A stretch of DNA of 64,000 nt from Prorocentrum cordatum (GCA_963575745.1 CAUYUJ010000135.1:1-64000), one strand, 5' to 3'; positions 47,455 through 59,278 are shown, counted from the stretch's first letter. Notes: a model not told the origin generated them from the letters alone. A program made the numbers and translations.

Positions 47455-48126
47455 CTCGCGAGGCAACGGAGACGAAAGGGAGAAGGAGAGGGAGGAGGAG
47501 GAGGAGGAGGAGGAGGAGGAGGAGGAGGTAACAGAGAGGAAGGAGAAGGGAGGAGGGAGCAGACTGCAGAGAGGAGAGAGGCGCGGGGGGGAAGCAGGAG
47601 GTGGGAGCAGAGAGGAGGCAGCAGAGAGCCAAGAGGAGCGAGCAGAGAAGAGATGAGGGATGATGATGATGATGAGGAGGAGGAGGCGGAGGAGGAGGAG
47701 GAGGAGGAGGAGGAGGAGCGAGGAGGAGGAGGAGGAGGAGGAGGAGGAGGAGGAGGAGGAGGAGGAGGAGGAGGAGGAGGAGGAGGAGGAGGAGGAGGAG
47801 GAGGAGGAGGAGGAGGAGGAGGAGAGAGAGAGGGAGGAGGACAGAGGAGGAGGGAGGAGGAGGAGGAGGAGGAGGAGGAGGAAGGAGGAGGAGGAGGAGG
47901 AGAGGAGGGAGGAGGAGGAGGAGGGAGGAGGAGGTGGGAGGAGGAAGAGGAGGAGGAGGAGGAGCGAGGGAGGACCACAGTGCACCGAGGAGGCGCCGAC
48001 GATGCTGCCACACGCCCGCCCGCCCCGCGCGGGAGGCACCGCCCGCAAGCGACGAGCGCCCAGCGGGCCTGCCGCTCGGGCGGGACCCCGCCGGCCGGCG
48101 GCGGGCCAGGAGGGGGGGAAGCGGCA

Positions 48127-48301
48127 GGTCGGGCGCTGTCCCCCTGCAGGCGGATTTTGGACGACGAGTGGAGAAGACAGAACAGGCAGTGCTCAAAAAC
48201 AGTCGGGCAATGCTCAAGAACAGTCAACACACCGTCAGACACAGACAACACATCGACTGTGCTTGCATATTCCCCCTGCCGAGGGACAGGCCCGACGTAA
48301 G
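48127..48301. mobile_element. TTAGGTCGGGC-family MITE
   Basis: Both TIRs present; interior diverged. Confidence 0.7.
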
Positions 48302-48657
48302 GGGAGTGAGGAGGCGAAGGCCTCCTCTGAAGGCGGCGGGACTGCTCGCTCGGAAGGCCTCGCGCCTTCCGAGAGGCTTCCCGCGTCGTCGGGAAGGCTT
48401 CAGAAAAAACTTCTCGGAAGGCCCGGTGGGCTTCCGGGCCTTCTCAGAGGGCCTGCCCCTTCTCGCTTCCCCCTCGCTCGCCACCAAGTCTGGCAAAGGA
48501 GCCACCACCCATCCCTCAGGGCAAAGAAACATACAGCAGGGGCCCGACCACGAGAAACCTTCCACAAGAAACCCGGCCCTGAGACCCCAGGACGCCCATT
48601 GATTCTTGGTGTGCGAGGCAGGACGTTCAAAGACCCCAGGGCACCCTGGAGGCAAGC

Positions 48658-48817
48658 CTTAGGTCGGGCGTGTCCCCCTACAGGCGGATCTTGGACAACA
48701 AATTGAAATTAGTCACAAACATCCCCCTGAAAATCACAAATAATACAAGAATCGTCCCCAGACTACTTTTTGACTGCTTCTGAATATTCCCCCCTGTAGA
48801 GGGACAGGCCCGCCTTG
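48658..48817. mobile_element. TTAGGTCGGGC-family MITE with a perfect AGGCAAGC target-site duplication
   Basis: TSD at 48650-48657 and 48818-48825; the paralogous host repeat near 11904 has a single AGGCAAGC. Confidence 0.85.
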
Positions 48818-48874
48818 AGGCAAGCAGGGTGTTTCTTAGCATGGGCCCCCACTGTATAAAGAGGCAGGACCTTT

Positions 48875-49276
48875 GTGGGCCCCGGAAACGGCAGGGCCGT
48901 GTTTTCGTCGTTTCCGAAAAAAGGCTCCTTGAAAACGGAAACGGCAAAAAAACGGCGACCGGAAACGGCAAGAAACGGCTCCAGGATTGGACCTGGAGCC
49001 GGAACCGGTCAAAAAACGGCGACGGAACCGGTAAAAAAACGGCGTCGGAACCGGCATCAAAAACGGCAAAACTTACCAGCCTGAAACATATCCCTATCCC
49101 TGTGCTGGGCACCTCCTCATCACGATGCCAATCTTAGGGACTCCCTTGTTTTTTGAAGGCGGATCCCTAGGATTGTCATCGCCTCTTGGCGTGCCAGTCT
49201 TAGGGATAGGGATACTGTCGAGGCTGGTAAAAAACGGAACGGGTAAAAACCGTCCCTGTCGTTTCCAGGGCCCACC
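48875..49276. mobile_element. Foldback element with outer and inner inverted repeats
   Basis: Outer GTGGGCCCCGGAAACGGCAGGG / CCCTGTCGTTTCCAGGGCCCAC; inner TTACCAGCCT..TATCCCTATCCCT / AGGGATAGGGATA..AGGCTGGTAA. Confidence 0.7.
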
Positions 49277-49574
49277 GAGGGCAGGACGATACACCCTGCG
49301 AAATGCTTAAGAAATCATGGGTTAAGAAATTCATAGTCTCAGAAATTCAATTAAAACCCAACATTTCTATTCAAATATTAGGATTTACATACAAAGGTTA
49401 AGAATAATCGAGACTCTGGCCGAAAACTTGGGTTTTCTTAAGCATCGCCTAAGGTGTACAGCAAGGGCTGCAAGAGAGGTGTCCAGCGACGGCCCCGTCC
49501 TGAAGAGGATCTGCCACGCCAGCGTGGGCAGCGCACCAAAAAAAACATCTGGGCGTGCACGCTGCGGAGTGCTC

Positions 49575-49745
49575 TGAAGGGGCCCCAGGACACACAAAGA
49601 AATACACACAGATAAAAATGTTCCCCATATCTTCCCACGTTTTCGGGGTGTCTGTCTTCCCCCCCCCCACTTCCCATATGTTTGCATGTTTTCCTGGGAG
49701 TCGACGGTTGATTGTGTCTGTGTGTTTCTTTCCCTCCTGATACTT
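49575..49745 (+). repeat. Dispersed repeat of about 170 bp (GAAGGGGCCCCAGGACACAC...); copies at 60630-60792 and 42435-42555, partial at 40650, inverted at 51360-51460
   Basis: Direct sequence similarity between the copies. Confidence 0.8.
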
Positions 49746-50664
49746 TTTGGGCGAGAGCCGCATGTTGAAAACAGGCCGGATTCCACTCCTGGAAGGTGGG
49801 AAGAAGCGTCCAGAACGGATGTGCGACGCTGAGGCAGGAGCCACATGTTGAACATTGCCGGCCCTTCGCCCTCAATGTCTGTAACTGTCGGATCTGGGGC
49901 ACGGCAGATGTGGGCGGCGCTGAGCGAGAGCCCCATGCTGAAAGCCACCACTCGCCATCCATCCCTGAAACTGCTCGAACCTCGAAAACGAATGGCGCTG
50001 AAGCGGCAAAAAACAACAACAACGGCCCACCATGCGTGTAACTGCTGGAGCGTGCTCGGCTTCAGCATGGTGGACTGCATAGTCAAAGAGCTCTCAAGCG
50101 AAGTGCCCCGCCTGGCCTCTACGAACACGCCCGGTGGTGCGAAAAGGAGAGGGCATCCACGAGGAAGAGGGATGAAGGAGGAGGAGGAGGAGGAGCGAGG
50201 AGGAGGAGGAGCGAGGAGGAGGAGGAGCGAGGAGGAGGAGGAGCGAGGAGGAGGAGGAGGAAAGGGAGGAGGAAGGGAGGAGGAGGAGGAGGAGGAGGAG
50301 CGAGGAGGAGGAGGAAGAGGGATTGAGGAGGCAGAGAGGGAGGAGGAGGACGGGGGGAGAACGAGGGACGAGGAACAGGGGACGAGGAGAGAGGCGGGCG
50401 AGGTGAGTTGAGGAGGTTCCGAGGCTGGTGGTGCGAAAGGGGGGTATCCACAAGTGAGAGGGATGAAAGGAGGAGTAGGAGGAGGAAGAGGAATTGAGGA
50501 GGAGGAGGAGGAGGAGGACGGAGGGGAGAACGAGGGACGAGGAACAGGGACGAGGAGAAGTGCGGGCGAGGTGAGTTGAGGGGCTCCGAGCGCGGAGGAA
50601 GGGGGTTGAGGGGACGCCGTCGGCATGCCAGCCCTGCAAAGATGCCTGCCGTTCCCACTCCGTC

Positions 50665-51165
50665 CTCGAGCTTTGACTTCGCGCCCATCACCTTCTGCAT
50701 CTCGCTCGTGGCGACCGCAAATGTGGCCGTGCTGAGGGGCACAATGAACGCCACCAGGTTCAGGCTCACGCTGTCCAGGCTGGCGCCGTTGAACAGCGGA
50801 TCGCCCACGAAGTAGATGGCCAACAGGCTGAAGGAGTCGGCGATGGCACGGTGCACCGTGGAAAAGCGCTGCGTCACTCGGCCGACAAGCCAGCCCTGGG
50901 CAGTGTTGACCACGAGCGCGAGCGCGAGCAGCCACTGGTTCCAGCCGACGAACACGCCCGCCGAACAGTCGCACCGGCACGCCGGGCTCGCGCACGTCTC
51001 GAAGCCGCCCTCGCCGTGCAGCTGCCAGCAAGGAGAGCTCGCGGGGCACTCCTGGTAGCCCGCGGGCCGCTGGACCCAGGGAATGTCCTGCGGCCGGGTG
51101 GCCATCATCCCGATGATGGGTACGAGGGCCATGCAGGAGAGAGCGCTGCCAGCATCCAATCGCAC
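50665..51165 (-). CDS. Gene A exon: VRLDAGSALSC...VFVGWNQW...AQGWLVGRVTQRFSTVHRAIA...GAKSKLE
   Basis: AAG|GTG acceptor in phase 0; second copy of the QGWxxxxVTxxFSTV motif. The donor is placed at GAG|GA (50664) and is less certain than the exon body. Confidence 0.85.
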
Positions 51166-51529
51166 CTTCCATGGGAAAACCACAAGGCACCGATACCGCT
51201 CCTCCCCGGGCCTCTCCCGGGGTGCGCTCTGACCAGGATTTCGCAGCGAATCCAGCGGTGGCGACGAGGACCTCCCAGGAGGCCCAAAAGAGGAAAACGG
51301 AGGGAGGGGTAGAGGAGTGGGTAGCTTTGCCTCCTCTGATTCCAGAGGTGGACAGACCCTCGAGAGAAGAAACACACAGACACAATGAATCTTGGATTCC
51401 CAGGGAAATATGGGAAAGCATGGGAAGAGGGGGGAAGACGAAAACCCAGAAAATACCTAAACGACCACCCTTCGGGTGATAAGGAGGTTGTGGGGGCGGA
51501 GAGGGGGGGGAACCAACATCTGATTCAAT

Positions 51530-52050
51530 CAATATCACTATCGATCTCACTCAACGGGACACCACGGGACATCACGGGACACCACGGGACACTTGTCGAT
51601 CTCACTATCGATCTCACGATCGATCTCACTCAACGGGACACCACGGGACACCACGGGACACCGCGGGACACCTCTCGATCTCACTATCGTTCTCACTATC
51701 GATCTCACCATCGATCTCACTCAACGGGACACCATAGGACACCACAGGACACCTCGGGACACCACATCGATCTCATTATCGATCTCACTATCGATCTCAC
51801 TATCGATCTCACTCCACGGGACACCACGGGACACCACGGGACAGCACGGGAGACCGCGGGACACCGCTCGATCTCACGAACGGTCTCACTATCCATCTCA
51901 CTATCGATCTCACTCAGCGGGACACCATAGGACACCACGGGACACCTCAGGACACCACATCGATCTCACTATCGATCTCACTATCGATCTCACTATCGAT
52001 CTCATTCAACGGGACACCACGGGACACCACAGGACACCGCGGGACACCGC
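51530..52050. repeat. Alternating blocks of (CGATCTCACTAT)n and (GGGACACCAC)n
   Basis: Direct reading. Confidence 0.9.
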
Positions 52051-52867
52051 GAGCCACCGCTGGACGGGCGGGAGGGGGAAAAATCATTTGTCTTGACTTC
52101 TCGCTAGCAGCGGCGGACACCACGGGACACCAGCGGGACACCGCGGGCCACCGGCCGCCAGAAGAGAAACATTTGGTCCGGCCGCGGCCCAGCCACAGGA
52201 GGATTTCGGGACACCAGCGGGACACCGGCGGGACACCGCGGGCCACCGGCCGCCGGAGGAGAATGATTTGGTCCAGCCGCGGCCCAGCCACAGGAGGATT
52301 TCCTCTCGCCCGCCCACGCAGCTTCGCCTCGCCCGCACGCACGCACGGCACGCACGACACGAACCCGAAACCGAAATCGATTTCCTGGTAGGGGGGGTCT
52401 CCGTTTCACGTCGGACTCACCCCCAACCTCCGATATGAAAATATGGAGGATTCTGGGATTTGTGTGTATTTACTTTTGTTCATAGGCCCCTCCAAACCCC
52501 CCCTTTGGCAAAAAAACGCCCTCCTGGCGAGAGCGACACGAGAGCAGGCCTGGCCATCGCGTGGGCCCGCAAAAGCTTGCGGCCGCAGCGCCCCCGCGAG
52601 AGCCGAACAAGGGCAACTGGCTACTCGGCTTGGCAGGGCCGGAGCCTATCAGCGTCCGAATTTAGCTGCAACACACGCCATACGCAACACGTAGCGTATT
52701 GATACGGAGCTCCGCACGTAAACTGAAAACGTAAGTCTGACGCAGTACGTTCGCCAAAACCTGGGCCAATACGTTGAGCCAACACGCAACGTATTGACAC
52801 GGACGCTTTGAGCACGACACGTGTTGCGTGTCAAAACGGGCGTATCGGGGCATCTAAGCGTCCGAAC

Positions 52868-54059
52868 CTTCTTGAGGTGGAAGGGGGCACTGTCCCCCTT
52901 GAGGATCTTCTCCGTCACCAGAGACGCCAGGGCGGAAGTGCCCGCGGAGCACAGGACCAAGGCCATGCCCGCCAGCGAGCCAGGGTTCGGGTCCCCCGAG
53001 GCGACGTCGAACTCCTTGAGGTACCCGAAGCAGCACGACGCCAGAGTGAGGATGAGCAGGGCGAACCACTCGAGCCACATGTAGAATTTGCGCATGACCC
53101 AGCGCGCGCCCAAGGCCGCCACCGGCGTGTAGAACTTGCCCAGGACAACGTAAAGGGAGGGAGAGACCCCGAAGGCGAACGCCATGTTTCCAAACGTCGT
53201 CGAGAGCGCGAAAAGAAACGCGGCCGGCAGGCAGTGCCAGATCCCCCTCGGGTCCCAGGCCCGCATTAGGCCGCTGCAGCCGTCGTTCGCCAGCGTCATG
53301 CAGCTCGCCACCAGGAGGCCACACACGCAGATGGCGAGGGTCATGGACGTGGAGTTGATCACCGCAGTACTCAAAGACCTCTGAATCACGAGTGTGCGAC
53401 CCGCGTCGGAGATGACGTAGAAAACGACGAGCGCATAGGTCGCCAACAAGCTGGTCCAGCTTGTCCCCGTCTCGGAGCCATGCGGACCAGGTTCTGGCGA
53501 CAGCGGGGACGGCAGTGGGCTCTCTTTGATGCTTGGGACCGCGTCGGTCGCGACGGCACACTCAGGTGCCTCCGAGCTTGCCCACCCTTCCCCGCGCGAG
53601 GGTTCCCTGCCATTCTCTGGTGCCGCCAACCGGCCCACGTCGAGGTTCATCGCCTTCCGGATGACCCAGAGATTGATCCTGCCGGTTTGAAATATAACGG
53701 CAGACATTAAGATAATCGCAAACAGCATGATCGAAGGAAACTCTCTTCGGATAAAGTGGAAGCGATTCCCCATGAGAGGATCGCTCAGCAGCATCACGAA
53801 AATAACGCTCGAGGTCTGCACGATGGCCTTGATGACGGTGGAAAACTCCTTGGTGACCAAGGCGGTGGCCCAGCCCTGACCGACTGACACGAAAACCATG
53901 ACCACCTGGAAGTAGCCCCAAGAGCCGAACCACTCTGAAGACTGGGACCACTGCTCGAAGAAGTCTCCGAACAGGCTCGCAACAGTGCCAGGCATGCACC
54001 ACAGGGCACACGAGACCACCAGCGACGAAAGGTCCAGGTAAAACTTCATCACGTAGAAC
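52868..54059 (-). CDS. Gene A large exon: end of transporter domain 1, Pro/Ser/Glu-rich linker, first two thirds of domain 2
   Basis: 1192 nt open. Contains GQGWATALVTKEFSTVIKAI, CLPAAFLFALS, LYVVLGKFYTPVAAL and SALASLVTEKILK, all resembling CMP-sialic acid/UDP-galactose transporter motifs. CAG|G acceptor, AAG|GT donor. Confidence 0.9.
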
Positions 54060-54341
54060 CTGATGGGCTGGATCTCATGAGCACTACTGCGCAAGACAGT
54101 AATCAGCAGCAGCAGCAGCAGCCGCATCATCAATATCATCATGCGTCATCATCAAAGACATCATCCTTATCATCGGCGTCATCACCATCACCATCATCAT
54201 CAGTAGCAGTATCATCAGCATCGTCATCATTGTTACCAATTTCTTATCTGGATAGGACCCCTGAGGAACTACGTAAATAATGTATTACACGTCTTCTCCC
54301 ACCTACTCTTACTCTTCCTCTCAATTATCACAACCCAGGAC

Positions 54342-54622
54342 CTGCTTGGCTGGGGCCCATGAGCGCTGCTGCGCAGGACGGTCCTCTCCTTGAAGATGCG
54401 CTCTGCCCAGACCGAAGCCAGTACGCTGATGCACGTAGCACCCACCACAAGGCAGAAACCTCTGCGGCCGAAACGGCCCCCCACGTGGTGCTTAGACTCC
54501 TCCCGCAGCAGGACGAAAGTGAGGATGGCCAACGTCATCATCCCCACCGATAGCCACTCGAGCCGACCGTATCTCCTCCGGAAAACATAACAGCTGAGGA
54601 CCACCGATACGGGCAAGTAGAG
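54342..54622 (-). CDS. Gene A exon: LYLPVSVVLSCYVFRRRYGRLEWLSVGMMTLA...ASVWAERIFKERTVLRSSAHGPQPS(R)
   Basis: SLC35A-like motifs (basic stretch followed by xxxxxW; ASVxxExIxK); AG|GT donor at 54341 in phase 2. The 5' boundary is non-canonical. Confidence 0.8.
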
Positions 54623-54802
54623 ATCCGCCATCGTGCGTGCACGATGTGGGCGCAATGGAGTGGCAAGTGCTGCCTGGTAGGATCTCTGTTGGTCTCCTAA
54701 TGCGCCCCCGCCCTTTGATAGCAGCTGGGTGCATGCGCCCCTGCCCGTCTCGAGGCCTCCAGCACCGTGGCAAGGGGGGCGGAGTTCGCCGCGGGCACCT
54801 GG

Positions 54803-55029
54803 ATACCCAAATGTCACCACCTCCGCAGCGGGAGTGCCGATGCGGTAAGCGAGGATCAGGAGCGCGCTCGCAAAGGTGAACAAAATCGACACGCCCATGA
54901 ACCTCCAGTGGGCGCCGCACACCATGATGTGGCTAATGACGTTTCCCCCTTCGAGGATGACAGACAAGCTGAGAGATATGCAGAAGGAGACAAAGTTCGA
55001 GACGACCAGGACGGAGAAGATGCTGACAC
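54803..55029 (-). CDS. Gene A exon: VSIFSVLVVSNFVSFCISLSLSVILEGG...TPAAEVVTFGY
   Basis: GAG|GT acceptor in phase 1; hydrophobic transmembrane segments inside ORF 54269..55228. The 3' boundary is inferred from alignment to domain 2 and is non-canonical. Confidence 0.75.
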
Positions 55030-56229
55030 CTCGGAGTGGCACCGAGTTCTGGCATGGGGCTCCCACACGGGTTTGCATAAGCGCCTCCCCATGACGCCTG
55101 CGTGGAATCGAAGCCAGATGTCCAGTCCCGGTGCCATGCGTCAGAGTGCAGCCCAAAAGGAATGGACCAACAATTCTTGTCCAACGAATCGCAACGCCCT
55201 GATTACTGATATTCCTCTCACGCATCAACCAATATTGTGAATCGAATCCCCCTGCCGCTGAATACGGAAGAAAAGAGCCAGGTCAGCGAAGGAAGAGGGA
55301 GGAGAGGAGGTATAAAGGGTACACCAACGCGCTATGCAGCGGTTGGCGCGCCATGCCCACTGCACTTGCTCATTGGTTTCGCGTCTTGCCACCCGAGAAG
55401 GAAGCCCCCCGATTAATCGAGCTCAACATGCAAAAATTGTTGCTCACGTCCATGTCTGCTTCAAGACCCCTAACAAGTGATCGATCCACGAAACTAAAAG
55501 GGAATTTAGAGACACGAGGTATGGCTACGTTTTCAAGACAACTGATTGGGCGACAGACAATGGCAATGCTGAAAGTATCGATCGCGATGCACCGTGCCAA
55601 GGATTGTGCTGTGATGTGCCGTGCTGAAATTAGATGTGTCATGCCGCCATGAATTGCGTTGTGCTCTAGATCATTGTGGTTCAAATCGCCCTCAGCATCC
55701 GAATCCTGACCGAACTGATCTGGATCGTAAGCTCGAGCTGCCTCAACGCATGGCTGGCCCTGAGCTGGTTGCAGTCGAAACCTGTGGGACGCCCAATCAG
55801 CTCGAGCTCAGGATCCGACTCAGCTCCGAAGCGGGACGAGACGGCACGAGGAGCAGGGCGCAGGGACGCGCCACGGAATGTATCAGGGCCGCACGAGGTG
55901 AGTATCGCTTAACCGATCCCCATCTCCGGCGGCGTGGCCTGGACCCCACTGGCCGATGTACCCCCCTATATGAGGATATAGGTCGTTCCCTTCGGGCTTC
56001 GAGGGGTGTAACCCCACCTGGGGGGGTAATTTGGTGGGGGTCTCGAAGGGGATGGGGATGGGGATGAGGGTCGGATAAACGATACTGACTGGGGGAAGCG
56101 CCAGTGGACGTGTCAAGGGACGCGGCAAAGGGACACGCCGCGGAACGGGCAAGGGAAGCGCCGAGGGACAAGCCGGGGAGCGAGACAGAGGACGAGCCAG
56201 GGGACGCGCCGACGGGGGAAGGGGCATGC

Positions 56230-58210
56230 GACGTCCCGCTCTGGGGCGCCAGGAACCCTTGTGGTAGAAAACTTGTCCAGGCCTCCTGCGTTGGGAGCCC
56301 ATGCGTTTTCACGCGTTGTCCCGCTCTGGGGCGTTGGGAACCCGCGTGTTGTCCCGCTTGTCCCGCTCTGGGGCGTCAGGAACCAGCGTGTTTTCACGCT
56401 TGTCCCACTCTGGGGCGTTGGGAGCCCACGTGGTTTCTCGCTTTGTCCCGCTCCTAGAGCGTTCGGAACCTAAGTGTTGTCACGCTTGCCCCGCTCTGGG
56501 GCGTTGGGAACCCATGTGCTGTCACGATTGCCCCGCTCTTAGGCGTTAGGAGCCCACGTGGTTTTTCGCTTTGTCCCGCTCATAGCGTTCGGAACCTAAG
56601 TGTTGCCACGCTTGCCCCGCTCTGGGGCGTTGGGAACCCACGTGGTGTCACGCTTGCCCCGATCTTAGGCGTTAGGAGCCCACGTGTTTTTTCGCTTTGT
56701 CCCGCTCATGGAGCGTTCGGAACCTAAGTGTTGTCACGCTTGCCCCGCTCTGGGGCGTTCGGAACCCATGTGGTGTCACGCTTGCCCCGATCTTAGGCGT
56801 TAGGAGCCCACGTGATTTCTCGCTTTGTCCCGCTCAGGCGTTAGGAGCCCACGTGGCATCTCGCTATGTCCCGCTCATAGAGCGTTCGGAACCTAAGTGT
56901 TGTCACGCTTGCCCCAGAGCGGGGCGTTGGGAACCCATGTGGTGTCACGCTTGCCCCGATCTTAAGCGTTAGGAGCCCACGTGGTTTCTCGCTTTGTCCC
57001 GCTCATAGGGCGTTCGGAACCTAAGTGTTGTCCCGCTTGCCCCGCTCTGGGGCGTTGGGAACCCATGTGCTGTCACGCTTGCCCCTATCTTAGGCGTTAG
57101 GAGCCCACGTGGTTTCTCGCTTTGTCCCGCTCACAGAGCGTTCGGAACCTAAGTGTTGTCCCGCTTGCCCCGCTCTGGGGCGTTCGGAACCCATGTGGTG
57201 CCGCGCTTGCCCCGATTTTAGGCGTGAGGAGCCATGTGCTTTCGCGATTGTCCCGCTCGGAGGCGTTAGGAGCCCCCGCGTTGTCACGCTTTGCCCCGCT
57301 CTGGGGCGTTCGGAACCCATGTGTTTTCACGGTTGTCCCGCTCTGGGGCGTTAGGAACCCATGCGTGTGCACGAGTGTACCGCTCTGGGGCGCTAGGAGC
57401 CCACGCGTTTTCACGCTTGTCTCGCCCTGGAGCGTTAGACACCCAGGTGTTGCAAAGCTTCTGGGGCGTTGGGCACCCACATGCTTTCACGCTTGACCCG
57501 TTCTGGAGCGTTAGGAACTATGTGGTTTCACGCTTGTCCCGCTCTGGGGCGTCAGGAGCCCACGTGTGTTCACGCTTGTCCCGCGCTGGGGCATTAGGAT
57601 TGCATGCGTTTTCACACGCGGCCCGCGCTGGGGTTTTAGGAACCGACGTTTCTATCACGTTTGCCCCGCTCTGGGGCATTAGGAACGTATGTGTCGCCAC
57701 GCTTGTCCCGCCCTGGGGCGTTAGGAACTCATGCGTTTTCGCGTGTGTCCCGCCCTGGAGCGTCAGGGCCCAACGTGTTTTCACGCGTGCCCCACTCCTG
57801 GAGCGGCAGGACCCCATGTCACGCTTGTCCCGCCCTGGGGCGTTAGGAACCCATTTGTTGTCACGCGTGTCCCTCTCTGGGGCGGTAAGAACCAATGTGT
57901 GTTCATGTTTGCCCCGCCCTGGGACGTTAGGGACCCACGTGCTCTCACGTGCCCGGGCCACCCAAGAGGGGCACTCCATGAAGCGTTAGGAAACAATTCA
58001 ATGTCGCAGGTGTCCCGCTCTGGGCCGCCAATAATCAATAATCAACTCTGCTTCAGGCGTGCTCCGACCTGGGGCGTCACGAACCATGTGGTTTCACGGC
58101 TGTCCCGCTCTGAAGCGTTAGTGACCCATGCGTCTTTACGGTTGCCCCTCTCTGGGCGATAGGAACCCACGTGTTGTCACGCTTGTCCCGCCCTGAGCCG
58201 CTAGGAACTA
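56230..58210. repeat. Satellite of about 43 bp (CACGCTTGTCCCGCTCTGGGGCGTTAGGAACCCATGTG) with a trimeric higher-order repeat
   Basis: The AACCTAAG variant recurs at 56467, 56593, 56721, 56890, 57018 and 57146. Confidence 0.92.
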
Positions 58211-58699
58211 TGTAAGGAGCCGAACTCTATACACCGACGCCTTTGTCTGGCCTCACACTGAATCTCGGACAGGAAAGCGGATCCTGGTGTATACGGGATC
58301 CCGGTGTATGAATTCTTCGTTGTGCTCCCCAGGAAAGCGGGGAACAAATATACACCGCACCATCCCGACCCTCAAAAAAAGTCCTGGGACTGAAAAACCG
58401 CCCGCCACAGTTAATGTACGGTGATGGCATTGGATGAAGAAACCTTCGACAAGGAATCCAGGGTCTGGAAGCCAGTGGAAAGCCAATTGTGGATTGGCCA
58501 TGGACATGGATATCACCACCGATCTCATCAGACAAGGAACCCTCCAGGGTCTGAAGCCTCGTGGGCACGTTCCGTAAGGCACGCCCCGACCATATATGCT
58601 CCAGTTTCCGACCATATGTTCTCACGCTTGTCCCGCTCTGTGGCAATCGGAACCCGAGAGTGTTTTTTGTTTCCCGCGCGTCCGCGCTCTCGGAAAGCC

Positions 58700-59170
58700 A
58701 CCCCGGGCAGCCTGGGGCGCCGAAGCCCCTCGAGGTTTTGCAGACCGAGCGTGTCGCTCGAGGCATCCTCGAACCTTCGTCGCGCAGGACGCGCCATCCT
58801 CGAGGGGTTGGCAACAGGACAGCAATTGTTCATTTCCTGTTGAGTTATAACATAGGTATCCCGGTTTCGCTATCGATCCTGCATTCTGCGTAAAACCCGT
58901 CGCACCTGTTCTTACAAAAACAAAAAAACGAAAGAACAACAAAGAGCGGGGGTCGGCGGACCTCGTCGTTTATCCAGGATCTGAGATTGGGGGCGCACTT
59001 CCCTCGAGCGGGCACGCGCGAAACGCAGTGACAAATAAAATTGTACTTCACCTGGTTTCTATCGAGCGGAAAAATCTACCAGCCCTCCTCGAACTTGGCA
59101 CAGGGGGACAGGAAGAACACAATTCAAAGAAGCCCCGGGCCCGAGCCCTTTCCGGGAACAAAGGTCCTGG
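58700..59170 (+). repeat. Dispersed repeat of about 450 bp; diverged second copy at 61240-61670
   Basis: Shared CCTGGGGCGCC..TCGCTCGAGnCATCCTC..GCGCAGGnCGCGCCnTCCTCGA and TCGAGCGGnCACGCGCGAAACGCA. Confidence 0.75.
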
Positions 59171-59278
59171 CGGGGCGCTCTACGGACCCTCCCCCCTCAG
59201 CCCCTCCCCGCCCCCCTCTGCCCAACCTGCCTCACCCAAAGACCCCTCCCTCCGTCCCTCCCCCATCCCCCAGGCGAC

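Noticed and set aside
50030..50125. Possible extra gene A exon (ARRGTSLESSLTMQSTMLK)
   Set aside because: No convincing donor or stop; the 47454 exon gives a cleaner phase-0 ending. Not fully excluded.
54798..54806. GTATCC resembling a U12-type 5' splice site
   Set aside because: Lacks the following TT and a TCCTTAAC branch point; too short to be meaningful.
55630..55781. Exon-like segment FRLQPAQGQPCVEAARAYDPDQFGQDSD
   Set aside because: Phase incompatible, and the 59279 to 55029 join already restores the transporter alignment.
56230..58210. Regular repeats resembling a CRISPR array (also 32590-33140 and 60340-61235)
   Set aside because: Head-to-tail units with no unique spacers, no cas genes, eukaryotic context.
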